DNA of 64,000 nt from Camelus dromedarius (lineage: Eukaryota): contig NC_087437.1 in the NCBI RefSeq assembly GCF_036321535.1, positions 61,568,001-61,632,000 on the forward strand, read 5' to 3'. The notes under the pieces are model-generated. The model saw only the letters and a program-made list of their open reading frames with translations. It was not told the DNA's origin and made no database searches. This document shows, in pieces, positions 52,020 to 64,000 of the stretch; the first letter of the stretch is position 1, and each line of letters opens with the position of its first letter. The position numbers were made by a program, and so were the translations under genes.

Positions 52020-54307
52020 GGAGGCAAAACAGATTTTATAAAGGGTTAGAACTATAAAACTATAGAAGACATGATTAACACTAAAATCAGTATATTGGTT
52101 CCTCTTTTGGGGAGGGAAGGGGTTATGATTAGGAAGAGCTACCTTGGGGCTTCTAGGAGACTTGGCAGTACTTTATTTCTTTGAATACATATGTTTAATG
52201 CAGTCTTCTGCATCTATGAAGTTAAGATGCATTGTTTTATACTCAAAAAAGGAGTTTTTAAAATAAAACATCCATACTTTTTTAACTGAAGTTTTTTTTT
52301 CAGATTTTTTCCCTCTTTTATGACATTTCTTTGGCTGTAAAATTATTTCTTCGAGGGAATATGGCAAAAAATACCCTTTATAAACTAGTAGTAAACTAGT
52401 TGCTCTGTTTTCCATAATATAGAGCTGTGACACAACTGATTAATTCAGTCTCTTTCATGAATTTATAGCATGTAAAAGTTACTCAGTTAACAGAAGGAAG
52501 AAACTACTTGTCTTGCCAAATTGGAATCAAAATATAATTTAAATGGAAGAACTTATAAGAACCTTTATTCAGAAACTCTGGTTTCAAAAGCAGACAGATG
52601 TTTTAAATTAGCTAATTATTTGAAAATTAAGGATTACTTATTTATTGAGATGTATCTAAGCTTAGTGTATATTTTGCTGTCTTTTTTTCCCCCTCGTCAG
52701 TATGGGGACAAAAAAAAGACGAGTTATCTTTTTCATTTTCTGGATTTAAAGTAACTTAGCTTTATAATACAGATATTAGGCAAACTGACTTTAAACAGTC
52801 CATGCTTAAATTTAATTTGTTTGTTAATTGCCTGAAGTTGTCATTTGTGGGGATAAATGTATATAAACAGCAGTTTATAATTTAAGTTAATCCCTTTTAT
52901 TTCTTCAAACTATGGATAAAATAGAGGAGAATTTCTCGGGTTTGAAGAAAGATTGAAAGAATCCACTGAGTTCCAGACCAGAGTGTTAATTTAAGGGTGG
53001 AAGAGACACAAAGAACAAGCTGCTTACAAAGGAAAAATAATCATATATGTGCTGGACTGTTCAGTGTGACACTGTAAACTAAAAAGTAGTAAAGTAACAT
53101 CTACAGATGACTAAGAAAAAAACTGCCTATACCTAGCCAAAATATCATTCACTTGTGTAAAAGCAACATACTTGAGATATGTAGGAATTCACATACTCCA
53201 TCTAGGGAAAGTTCTCAGAAAGGATTCTCATGAAATAACAGAAATTTTAAGGGGCAGAAGAAGAGAGAAAACAATGGTGAGTAAATGAATCTGATAGTGT
53301 ATTTAATTAAATGTAAATGGATACTGATAGAGTGACTGTATTTCAGCATATTCTTTTGTTTTCTGCATTTCCTGAAAGTTTGCAGGTAATCAAAAGCTTG
53401 ATTAAATTCAGGTTCTGTCCCTTTGGCAAGACTATAAATGATGTCCTGTTATTCTAGTAGGGAGGCATATACTTTCTGATTGTCTTTTTGTAAAAATAAT
53501 AGGCATTAATACTAAATTCTAGACCCATTAATTCATTGAGGGTTGCAAAATGGTGATATTCTATCATTATTTTTCATTTATAGCTAGAGCACTTACTTAG
53601 CAATGCTTCCTTTCATCTGTTTGGCTACTCATGGATAGAGTTCATATAAAGAAGGCAAGGTAGATGTTAGATTTATTTCCCCTTTATCAGTTTATAATGA
53701 ATTGATTCTCTGTCGTCTTTTGGAGGGGGTCATTATAAACTCATCTAATTGAGTAATATGTGATAGATTTCAACCCTTTGCAATTATTATCTTTATTGAA
53801 GGTCAGATTGTCTCATCTTTAGCCAGTGGGAGCAAAGATGGTTCCTGAGTCCCTTTGACATGTCCCTGATACTTTTTAACTGGTAAAGAAAGGGAGAGTA
53901 TTTTTTGTTTTGTTTTGCTTCACTTTTCTGAAAACCTTAGAATGTTGTCTGTGCTTTTGGGAAGGTGGATTTTAGGGGTCCATTTGTTTTCTAGACTGTT
54001 TGGTACTTAGCATGATCTGTGATATAATTTGTAGGCAGATATGCCTTAGAATTTGTGTTACTTGCAAAGAATAATGATTTCATTTTTAGTATATGTGGAG
54101 ACTGGAAAGGAACCAACATTTCCCAGCAACAAGTGTAGAAGCATATGTTAAAATGGTTTATTCAGTCAGTTAATATTTGATTAACTCTGGACCAATCTCC
54201 AGAATAGGAACTCAGAAATTCAATTATGGAACCTGCTTTTTCATTTAACATTTCAGTAAACTAAGTTCTAGGAACTGATTTTAGACTTAATTAATTTTTT
54301 CTTTCAG

Positions 54308-54452
54308 ATCTATCACGAAATCGCCTCTCAGAAATTCCCATAGAAGCATGTCACTTCGTGTCTCTTGAGAATCTCAATTTATACCAGAATTGTATTCGGT
54401 ATATACCAGAGGCAATTCTAAACCTGCAAGCTCTAACATTTTTAAATATTAG
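54308..54452 (+). CDS. LRCH3: LRCH3 coding exon 2 (LRR)
   Basis: tttcag acceptor, gtaagg donor; 145 nt; (D)LSRNRLSEIPIEACHFVSLENLNLYQNCIRYIPEAILNLQALTFLNI(S); phase matches exon 1. Confidence 0.96.
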
Positions 54453-55955
54453 GTAAGGATGTTGTTTCTTTCTCTTTTTTTAATTTTTAATTTTTAAGAA
54501 TTTTTTAGTTTTGTGTGCTATTTTCAATTTCCCTCTTCCTTTTCACTAAGATTTACATTATCTGTTTATATCAGCAGTTATCTCTATATGTTCTTAGGCT
54601 AAATTAGCAGTATTTTATATATCATTCTAAATTCTCACTTTGTTTTTGTCTTTGCAATAATTAACAAATTCTAAGAGCCATTAGCTTAACAGGCTTGTAG
54701 CAGTCTTGTAGCTGTGGTTCTCCGATTACATTTTCAAATAAGCTTCATCAAATGAGAATAGTAGATCTGAAATTCCTTTGTTTCGTTTTGTGATTTTGTG
54801 TACTATGTTCTGAATGTATAAATGCATTTGTAACTCATCTACTCCATTTTTTCACATCTTACAAGAATTCTTTTGTTATTTTATTTCATTATAAAAGTTA
54901 TAAATATTGATTAGAGAAAATAAACAAATGTAGAAAAGTAAAGGAAATTCATTAAAATGTTGTGTCTGAAGTTATATAGTTGTATAGATGAACTTTACCT
55001 TTTTTTCCAGGCAGTTAGTCAAATTTTTAAATGTTTTCCCCTTGTCATGAAATAGCCTTTGGAAATATTTTCATATGTAATTATTTTAATGTACAGATTG
55101 TATATTTCTAAAATTCATTTTCCCTCTCGAATATTTAGTTATTATTTCAGCTTTTTCCATGATAAAAGTAGTTCTAGTAAGAGTTTTGTGTGTAAATGTC
55201 TAGGAGTAGAATTATTATTAGATGAAATTTTTTTAAGGCTCATGATCTATGTTAGTAAAATCATCAAAAGATCTTGAAAATGGAAGCAATTGGTCCTAAG
55301 GATTAAGGGATTAAATCTGCATAAGTAAAATTTTAACTTATTCTTATCCTAATGAGAGCTCTGTTTTTTACTTTTAGTTCTGATTTGTATATTTTTATTG
55401 TATATAATAAAAGATTCATTACCTATACTTCATATGATATATTTGAAATCACAACCTGTCATTTTTTTCCATAGAACTATATTGGGGTCATTTATTTACA
55501 TTTGGCTATAATACTGCAATGATGAAGGAAGTAGATTGCATTTTATGTTTATAATTCTTTGGAATGAAGAGGAGAGAGGAGAGGATGTTCGTTATCTACC
55601 CTATCTTAAAATAATTTTTTCCTATATAAATGTAATTTTAATAAAATAACAGTATGTTGTGTTTATATGACACTTCATTATTTACAAAGAAGTTTTATGG
55701 TGTAAGAGCCCTATGAGTCCTGTAATTTACAGATGAGGAATCTGTGTGAGATGCAACTAAGTTAAATGCTGCCCCTAAAACCACAAAGCTGACAAGTGAG
55801 GAAATGAAGGCTAGAATGCATATCTAATATTCTGTTTGTTCCTTGCAAGACTTAACATTTGTTATTTTTACTGAGTACAGAATGAGAAGATGGCAATTTT
55901 TTTTCCTTGAATGGTGAGCTCTGACTATTCTCTTTCTCTGCTTACCCATTCGTAG

Positions 55956-56082
55956 TCGGAACCAACTGTCAACATTGCCAGTACACTTGTGTAATTTACC
56001 ATTGAAAGTCTTAATAGCTAGTAATAACAAATTGGTCTCACTTCCAGAAGAAATTGGACATCTCAGACATTTAACAGAACTT
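55956..56082 (+). CDS. LRCH3: LRCH3 coding exon 3 (LRR)
   Basis: ctgac branch-like motif at 55921, cgtag acceptor, gtaagt donor; 127 nt; RNQLSTLPVHLCNLPLKVLIASNNKLVSLPEEIGHLRHLTEL. Confidence 0.96.
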
Positions 56083-56893
56083 GTAAGTTAATATTTCTTT
56101 TTTTATTGTCCCATACATGTATATATTTCCGCATACTCTTATGTGGTAAGGACCTGTTATTAGGGTGTGTTTTGAGTTATTTTCAGGTATTGATGATGAA
56201 GTTTTACTGACTGATCAGCATTCAAGTGCTTCAACACAGAATTAAGAAAGAGTTCTTACAGGCTCTTTCTTAATTCCAATAGGCTCACATGGAATGGGAA
56301 AAGGTCCTTAGAATTAGGTTCTAACCAATATTAATTGATTTCTATGTTATTAAACTTTTGAGACATAAGTTAATAATGCGTTTGAATTTTTCAAATTAAA
56401 TATTGTTAATAGCATTAATATTCTGATTTTTGGCTAGTCCGTATAGGGAGTGGACAGTACAAAGGTCAGATTTATTCTTTTTTTGCCTTACATGCTATAT
56501 TTAGAAAATATTTCCCACTCTAAAGTAAGCTATTCTTAACTGCTTTATATTTCTAAAAAGCTTAACCTTCATCTCCACTTCTTGTTACCCTTACATGCTT
56601 AAGTTCTGGGCATAGGAATAAAACTTTTTTTATTAAATCACCACATTAACATTATTAATTGGGTACTATAATCATCATCATATTACAGCTAAGGGAATAG
56701 CATTCAGAAAGGTTGAGTAATTTGCCCAAGGTTCCATAACCAAAGTAGAATTTGAAACCAGTCTACTTTAACTCCAAAGCCCATGTTTCATATTTCTGAA
56801 ATGGTCAAATATAATTATGTTGATTGAGATTTGGGAGTGCAGTTCTTTGTAGGTTTATTAACAAAGATAGATATCATAAACAAAAAATAAATA

Positions 56894-57216
56894 CAGTTGG
56901 CTCTCTGTATCATAGATTCCGTGTCTGGAACTGGAACTGGAACCAACTGTGAATCAAAAATATTTTTTAAAAAATTCCAGAAATTTCCAAAGAGCAAAAT
57001 TTGAATTTGCTCTGCATGGCAACTATTTACATAGTGTTTACATCGTGTTAGGTATTTTAAGTCATCTAGAGGTGACTTAAAGCATACAGGAAGATGTGTA
57101 CAGGTTATATGCAAATACCACAGCATTTTATGTGAGACTTGAACATCCCTGGATTTTGGTGTTCTTGGAGTCCTGGTACCAACAATCCCTTGCAGATACT
57201 GAGAGATGACTGGCTG
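56894..57216 (-). mobile_element. MER2-family TcMar-Tigger element, opposite orientation to the 18.8-kb copy
   Basis: TA|cagttggctctctgtatc ... gatactgagagatgactggctg|TA; internal sequence complementary to 18759-19080. Confidence 0.82.
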
Positions 57217-58729
57217 TACGCATATAGTCTAATTGGACCACTTGTTAGCTCACTTTTTTTTTTTCAGATGAATTATGAATATAAAAGGTCATCTATAAGA
57301 ATTCACAAATATATTAAATATTGAGTCTAGATACTAGACCACTGTTTAAACTTTCTGTTTCTACTTACTGAATCCTAAATACTGAAAAGAGATATGTTTC
57401 ACAAGATGTGTTTCACAGAAGATGAGTTTAGTTTTCTACAAAAGAGGTGAACTGACATCTCTGATCATACAAACAGTATGTGGCAGAGTAAAAATTAATA
57501 ATCCTGATGCTTCTGATTCCCACTTGACGGTCTTATCCAGCTTCCTTATTGCTTTTTTCCCTTTTTTTTTTTTTTTTCAGTGAAAGTGAACTGCTGTCTT
57601 TCAACATAACACATTTCCTCAGGGAAATATTATAGATTGCTATTCCCTTCTGGCTCAGGCTTAATTTTCCTATCCTTTCAACTTCTTTTAGAATCTTTTT
57701 AACTTTGATACCTAGAGCACTGGACTAAGAAGTCTAGCTTCTGATTCTACTTGTCATTAGTGGGTAGGAAAGGTAAACATAGTTGTTTTTTTTTTTCCTA
57801 AGAATATTTTGGGAAAATTTAAAAATAATATCTGAAGCTTATTGAAGTTTTTGGTAAGTGGTCTTTTCCAGTAGTAAGTCTCAATATTTTCTTTTTATTC
57901 ATATATTAGAGGAATTTTAAGTGTTACTGTGGCATCTTAGAGATTTTATTAACGTGGGCTGCTCCCTTTTGCTATGCATGGGTTTATAAATTCTTCTGGC
58001 TTGTCTCAGAATTACGGAATTCTGAATTTACCAATCTTGGAACCTATAGTCAGTCTCTTTTTAGAACCAGTGGAATAAAGCTATTTATCAAGATTCCAGA
58101 AGGCCAGCCTAATATATGTATTGGAATTAGGTTGAGCTGATGCTAATAAAGCAATATCTATTTTTTCTATAGCCTTTGAGTTATGTGTACTTTATTTTTT
58201 TTTCCTCACATTCAGTTTGATAAAGAATGATTTGAGTCATCTTCAATGCATTTTTATTTTATATTCTTGAACAGCTGAACTGATATTCTGAAAATAGAAT
58301 TTTCTTTCAAATAATTTTATTGTAATTTTTATCATTGTTTTGTTTTTTTTCTTCTAGTTTCTTTAAAACAATATGAAATAAAAATATTCTAAATCTGTTT
58401 TTATTACTTTTTTTACCTTTTCACCAACATGTTCATTTGATGTGATGTTCTAGACCTCCTACTCAAATCTTAAGTCATTTAATTTCAGTTCTGCTCTCAA
58501 AATTAATATAGATCTATATAAAATGTATAAAGTTGATCAAAAGCCTGTATGTTTTGAAAATTAAATGCTAGTACAAACTATGAGATTATTCTTGGACACA
58601 GAATCATAATACTTTTTTACAGTTAGGAAGGACCATAGGTATCTTGTCCAGCCTCATTTCACAGATAGTTTGAAGTAGTCAAGTGTGTAATATTAGTACA
58701 GTTCTTTACTTTGTATCTTTTTGATATAG

Positions 58730-58835
58730 GATGTGAGCTGCAATGAAATTCAAACAATACCTTCCCAAATTGGTAATTTGGAGGCCTTGAGAGACCTCAA
58801 TGTAAGAAGAAATCACTTAGTACGTTTGCCTGAAG
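58730..58835 (+). CDS. LRCH3: LRCH3 coding exon 4 (LRR)
   Basis: atatag acceptor, gtaaga donor; 106 nt; DVSCNEIQTIPSQIGNLEALRDLNVRRNHLVRLPE+G. Confidence 0.96.
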
Positions 58836-61457
58836 GTAAGAAACTGTGAAATACTTGTTTTATTATTATTTGCCTTTTTGTATTAAAGATCTCTCAGACT
58901 GATGAGCATAAGACAAAATGTATGAAAGTTACAGCCAGTGTTTGAGATGTAATGGCTTATTATTATGTTTTCCATTGTGGATTTTAAAAACTAGACTCTA
59001 TAGTGAGAAACTCTAGTAACTATTGAACAGTGATTGTGTTTTTAGTTCTTGTTAACTGATGTAATCGATAATTCAGGGTAGGGTCACTGGAAGTTTCAGT
59101 AGACATAACTATTTGGGAGAAATACAGCATGTTTTTGATAAGGGGTTAGTTTTGTATGATGAAAACATTCCTGCAGTTAGCACTGATTGACTTAAAAGTG
59201 GACTTGATTTGAACTTAATAACTATCCTTCATTGGAAATATTCAGATAGAGGCTATTTAACTGTGTAGAGGTGAAATGTAAAGTGAATTATGAATGGAGT
59301 GAGAGACTGTACTGGGAGACTGGTTATCTTAAGCTGACTATAAGCTCTGGAATATGTATTTGAATGATAAACATGATTCATAAGTATAATTTATCAATCT
59401 TTCGGAAATACAAATTCATGAAAGGAAAACCTATAAAAGGAAATGAGAATGATGAAAATCATTATTTTATTAGATTATATATTTCTATAACTTTTAAATG
59501 TAAAATTTCATAGCTAACTGAGAGCAGTGAATCACCCAGCCACAATAGTCATCAGTTCATGGAAACCCTTGTTTCATCTATACTCCCATTCACTTTCTCT
59601 TACTCTGTCCTCTAGATTAACAGTTTCCAGAAATTCATCTGTAAACATTTCAGAGTGTCTGTCTCAAAGATAAGGAATCTTGAAAAGATGTTTTCATGAC
59701 AATAATTATCTAGGTTCTTCTATAAACATGACTTCTAGTGTATAATAAATGTTGAATTAACTAATGATGCTTTTGCTTCACTGTAAAATCCAAATGTTTA
59801 CACCAGTTTGATATGGTGTAGTATTTAGTCCTAACATAATTAGTGTATGTAGCTTTGACATTTTTTGATCGCAAGTAGGCATCTGAAAGAGTGACTCTTC
59901 CAGTCCACTTTTATGTACTTACTCCACCCATACTACCCCAAATCCTGCATATCTTTCCTCTTACTAGGCTTGTCCAGTAACCTTTTTACCTTTTATCCTA
60001 AGAGCCTTCCTTATTTACTCCTGGTTCTGCCTTCTGCCATCTCAGGAAAGGGAATGAGGCCATCAGCAGAACTGACCAAAGTCACGACATAGGACCTTAT
60101 AACTCAAAAATCTCTTATCAGGATTGCCCGTCTACTCAGGACCTACCTACTGTGGTTGATCTTTAAAGGTTTACTAATGTAATATTACTGACTTAATACA
60201 AAATTAATTAATGAAAATACTGGGGTTTTGCTGAAAAGGAAAATCTAGGGTTTCAGATGATGATTGCAGTCTAATAGTTTTATCATCTAATTTATTTCTA
60301 TATCTTACTTAGAATGCATATTACCAAGAAAATTGTCACACAGATAGTTTCAAGTGTTTTTTTTCTTGACTTATCTTGTAATCTCAGCATATTCAGTTAA
60401 ATTGAGATGGCAGGAAAGCTTTATCCAACAGCTACACAAATTAGTATGAAAGTTCATGTTAATTAGTGGTCTCTAATATATTACAGTTTGGTAGATAAAT
60501 ATATGATGTCTTTTGTTGTGTTGCCATTTTGATTTTAAATTTTAATTTTTCTGAAATACATTATTCAAAAAGTCAAATAATAATAAAAAGCTTAAAGTAC
60601 ATAATAGCATTCCCCTGCCTCAACCATTCCCCGTCCCCAGTTTCAGTGGCCAATAGCATATACCTTCAACTTCTTTGACTCTTTCCACTGGTATTTACAG
60701 ACATATTTCTAAATGATGTATTGGATTTATCAACTGTTCATCTTGTTTTTGTTGTTGTTTTTCTAGAGTTAATAATTCCTCCCTTTTTAAAAAATTTACT
60801 TGGTTTTTGTACCAGTGGCTACTTCCTCCCTCTTTTCCCAGCAGCCTTATTAGTCAAACCAGATTACTTTTTATCATTTTTTTACCCCTGAATAGCTCCC
60901 TCATTGAGTCTTTTTTCCTTCTCTTCCAGTCTGGACTGGTTGTTCTCTGTTATTGCAGCCTAGCCTGCTTTCTTCTGTGCTAAATACTCTTATTCCTGGA
61001 TTTCATGTCTTCTTCTTTCTTACTTTTTAAAAAACTTTCAGTTATTGAGGTATAACTGACAAATAATTCTTCTTTCTTACTTTACTTCCTTGTTTTGCTG
61101 GAGGGCATTTTCTATGGTTTCCTAAGAACATGTTATAGGAGAACATTTCCTGAGACTTCACTTAAAAAGAAGTATCTCTGTTCTGTGCTTACCCTTGATT
61201 AATAATTTGGTTATAGATTCTAGGTTGAAAATGATTTTTTCTCTTAGGATTTTCAAGTGTTTTTTCACTTTTAGCTCTTCATTTTAAAAATTAATGGTTG
61301 AAAATTTGATGCCATTCCTAATTCTAGTCCACTGTTTGTGACCAATTTTTTTTCTCTCTGGAAGATTTTAAGATCCTTCCTTTTTTTTTACCACTCTGCA
61401 GTTTATGATGATGTGCCATAATATTAGTTGTTTTTGTTTTTTCAAACATCTTTTTAG

Positions 61458-61581
61458 AGGGGAGGAGGTAATTAGGTTTATTTACTTATTTATGTTTTTT
61501 GATGGAGGTACTGGGGATTGAACCCAGAACCTTGTGCTTGCTAAGCATGCGCTCTACCACTTGAACTATACCCTCCCCTCC
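61458..61581 (-). mobile_element. tRNA-Ala-derived SINE (Vic-1-like)
   Basis: ggaggtaattaggttt...ggaggtactggggattgaacccagaacc...gctaagcatgcgctctaccacttgaactataccctcccc. Confidence 0.88.
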
Positions 61582-62841
61582 TGAGTTGTTTTAATTCAAT
61601 ATGCTATATACTTGATGGGTTTATTTCTAAACCAGAGAATCACATCTTTCATTCTGCAAAATTGTCTTATATCTCATTTTTGATAATTTCCTGTGTTCTT
61701 ATTTCTGTTTTCTCTTTATAATTTTTATAAATTGGTTATTGAACCTCTTTAATTGACCCTATGGTTTTCTTACTTGTTTATTGTTCATTTCTTTGTCATT
61801 TTGTTTTACCGGGTGGTAAACAGTTCCAACTGTTTATATTCTAACCATTCTTCTGAATTTTTAATTTCCACCATCATATTTTTCATGTATAAGAACCTTT
61901 GTTTTTCTCTGATTTAAAAAAAAAATTCCTTCCTTGTTTCAGTAATTTAGAATCTTATCTCTCTGAAATTAGAGACAACAATTCTAGTTTTTCAGAGTTT
62001 CCCTGTGTATTGCCTGTGTTTTGAGTTCTTTTTTTGATTGGTTTGTGGGTTTTGATTTCTGTTTTACATGTTGGAGGCTTTTCTAAATGCCCATGGGTTG
62101 TATACTGTCTGTATAGAGCTGATTAGATGTTCTAAGAATACTGGGGAGGAATTGTATAATGGTAATTAAACAGCAAGCTAGGTATTTTATTAGGGGAAAC
62201 TCCATATCAGTATCTAAAGGCCTTCTATATGGGGCTGTGTAGTTTCTCCAAAGAAAGGTGTTTTCTTTCTTCTACATTGCTGTACATATGCCTAACTACG
62301 GCCATTTTAGAATTGGGAGTAGGGTAAGGCTGGGTAGGAAGTGCTAAGATCTTGCCATTGTGCATAGACTTTCACTTAAAGCCTCCTCTTTCAGTAATCC
62401 TGTCTTTCCATTGTGCCTGGTCCCTGAATTCAGAGCCTTTCAATTCAATTTCACTAGAGGATAACTTGTTGACTCCTGTGGTGACCAGAGATGGATAACG
62501 TCCTAGCTGCATGAGTTGGGATTGGAGACCTGGGCATCTAACTTGTCCTTTATATAGATTATCATCTAATCTTCTTGTTATTCCCACCTTTCTGTGGTAT
62601 CAGGCCTAGTTTCTGAGACCTTCTATTCTATAAGGGGTCAGGTAATGTGCTTCTTAATAGTATTCCTGTCTGTAAGCACCTAGGTTTCATTTTACGCCAC
62701 TTTGCTGTATCAGTTCATCACTAAGAAAGAATGGAAGTAAATACTTATGTTAAATCCATTGTATTTAGCTAGAAGCTCCTGTGAAAATTGTCTAGTTTTG
62801 AAATGTCATTAATTGTTCATTTCCATCTCATCGCCCTGCAG

Positions 62842-62978
62842 AGCTAGCAGAGTTGCCTTTGATACGGTTAGACTTTTCCTGCAATAAAATTACAACAATT
62901 CCTGTTTGTTACCGGAATCTCAGGCACCTACAGATGATCATCCTAGATAATAATCCACTACAGTCTCCTCCTGCACAG
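62842..62978 (+). CDS. LRCH3: LRCH3 coding exon 5 (LRR); gene continues beyond the window
   Basis: ctgcag acceptor, gtaaac donor; 137 nt; (E)LAELPLIRLDFSCNKITTIPVCYRNLRHLQMIILDNNPLQSPPAQ. Confidence 0.96.
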
Positions 62979-63097
62979 GTAAACCATAGTTTATTTGAAT
63001 ATGTTACGCACTTTTTCAACAAAGGATGAAGTTTAAAACTTAAGTTATATGCATTTATCTTTTTATTAGAAATTAAGTTCTTTTAAAATAAATTCAT

Positions 63098-63824
63098 GTA
63101 AATTGGTGCAGCCATTATGGAAAACAGTATGGAGATTTATTAGAAAACTAAGAATAGACTTACCATATTATCCAGCAATCCCACTTCTGGGCATATATCC
63201 AGAGGGAACTCTAATTCGAAAAGATACATGCACCCCAGGGTTCATAGCAGCAATGTTTTCAATAGCCAAGACATGGAAACAACCTAAATGTCCATCAACA
63301 GATGACTGGGTAAAGAAGTTGTGCTATATTTATACAATAGAATACTACTCAACCATAAAGAATAATAAAATAATGCCATTTGCTGCAACATGGATGGACC
63401 TGGAGATTGTCATTGTAAGTGAAGAAAGCCAGAAAGAGAAAGAAAAATACCATATGATATCACTTATATGTGAAATCTAAAAAAAAGACACAAATGAACT
63501 TATTTACAAAACAGAAACAGATTCACTGACAAAGAAAACAAACTTAATGGGTACCAGAGTGGAAAGGGAGTGTGAAGGGATAAATTGGGAGTTCGAGATT
63601 GGCAGATGCTAACTACTATAAATAAAATAGATAAACAAGTTTATACTGTATAGCACAGGGAAATATATTCAATATCTTGTAGAGACCTATAATGAAAAAG
63701 AGTATGAAAAGGAATACATGTATGTACATGTACACCAGAAATTGACACAACATTGTAAACTGACTATACTTCATAAAAAAAAAAAGAAATTGGCAAATAG
63801 TGAAAAAAAAAAATAAATGAAATC
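63098..63824 (+). mobile_element. Young 5'-truncated LINE-1 in LRCH3 intron 5, sense orientation
   Basis: Open ORF2 C-terminus 63103-63480 ([11 protein letters not shown]...PKCPSTDDWVKK); 3' UTR and A-tails; TSD aataaattcat at 63087-63097 and 63825-63835, preceded by tttt|aa. Confidence 0.92.
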
Positions 63825-64000
63825 AATAAATTCATACCCAAATGTATTCTTTGGAAGCCTTGAATAAATTGGATGGAAGATAGGTAATGTTTTCAACAGT
63901 GTTTTTCCTTTTACTAAGTTGACTTTTTAAAAATTTGAATTATTCTTCCTTAAATTTTTTTTCTAATAAAATTTGAGTTATTTCTTTCTACTAAACTTTA

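Larger units (their letters stand above)
47370..52220 (+). mobile_element. Long, highly decayed ancient L1M (ORF2 to 3' UTR) carrying nested insertions
   Basis: Scattered ORF2 nucleotide motifs in order (aatagaccatatg; aaactccaggcccagatggcatcactagtgaa; atcatctcaatagatggagaaaa; gctatagtaattaagat; gatggccaataaacatatgaaaa; tgtaaattggtacc); no long ORF. Confidence 0.75.

Noticed and set aside
56190..56218. C box (ATGATGA) and D box (CTGA) motifs in intron 3 suggesting a snoRNA
   Set aside because: Boxes are only ~10-15 nt apart, too short for a C/D snoRNA, and no guide sequence is recognisable

Overview
Mammalian genomic DNA, most likely from a camelid (seven copies of a tRNA-Ala-derived SINE resembling Vic-1). 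The + strand carries the last two coding exons and 3' UTR of FYTTD1 (UIF), then the CpG-island promoter and coding exons 1-5 of LRCH3. Those exons join in frame into 258 codons of leucine-rich-repeat sequence, and intron 1 is about 44.6 kb and repeat-rich. The intron contains L1s of several ages, MLT1 LTRs, MER2/MER3/MER5 DNA-transposon relics and an RPL21 processed pseudogene. Main observations: (1) Two independent, TSD-flanked insertions (24.2-25.5 kb +; 42.3-45.3 kb -) share the same rearranged L1 architecture: ORF1, then two antisense ORF2 scraps and a private tail. This points to a mobile ORF1-only (HAL1-like) non-autonomous family. (2) The full-length copy appears to have swapped its 3' end for a transduced old L1 3' UTR. 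(3) The RPL21 retrocopy has a 115-nt insert where I recall the exon 1/exon 2 junction to be, possibly a fossil alternative 5' UTR exon. Repeat subfamily names and boundaries are by eye and approximate; no searches were run.
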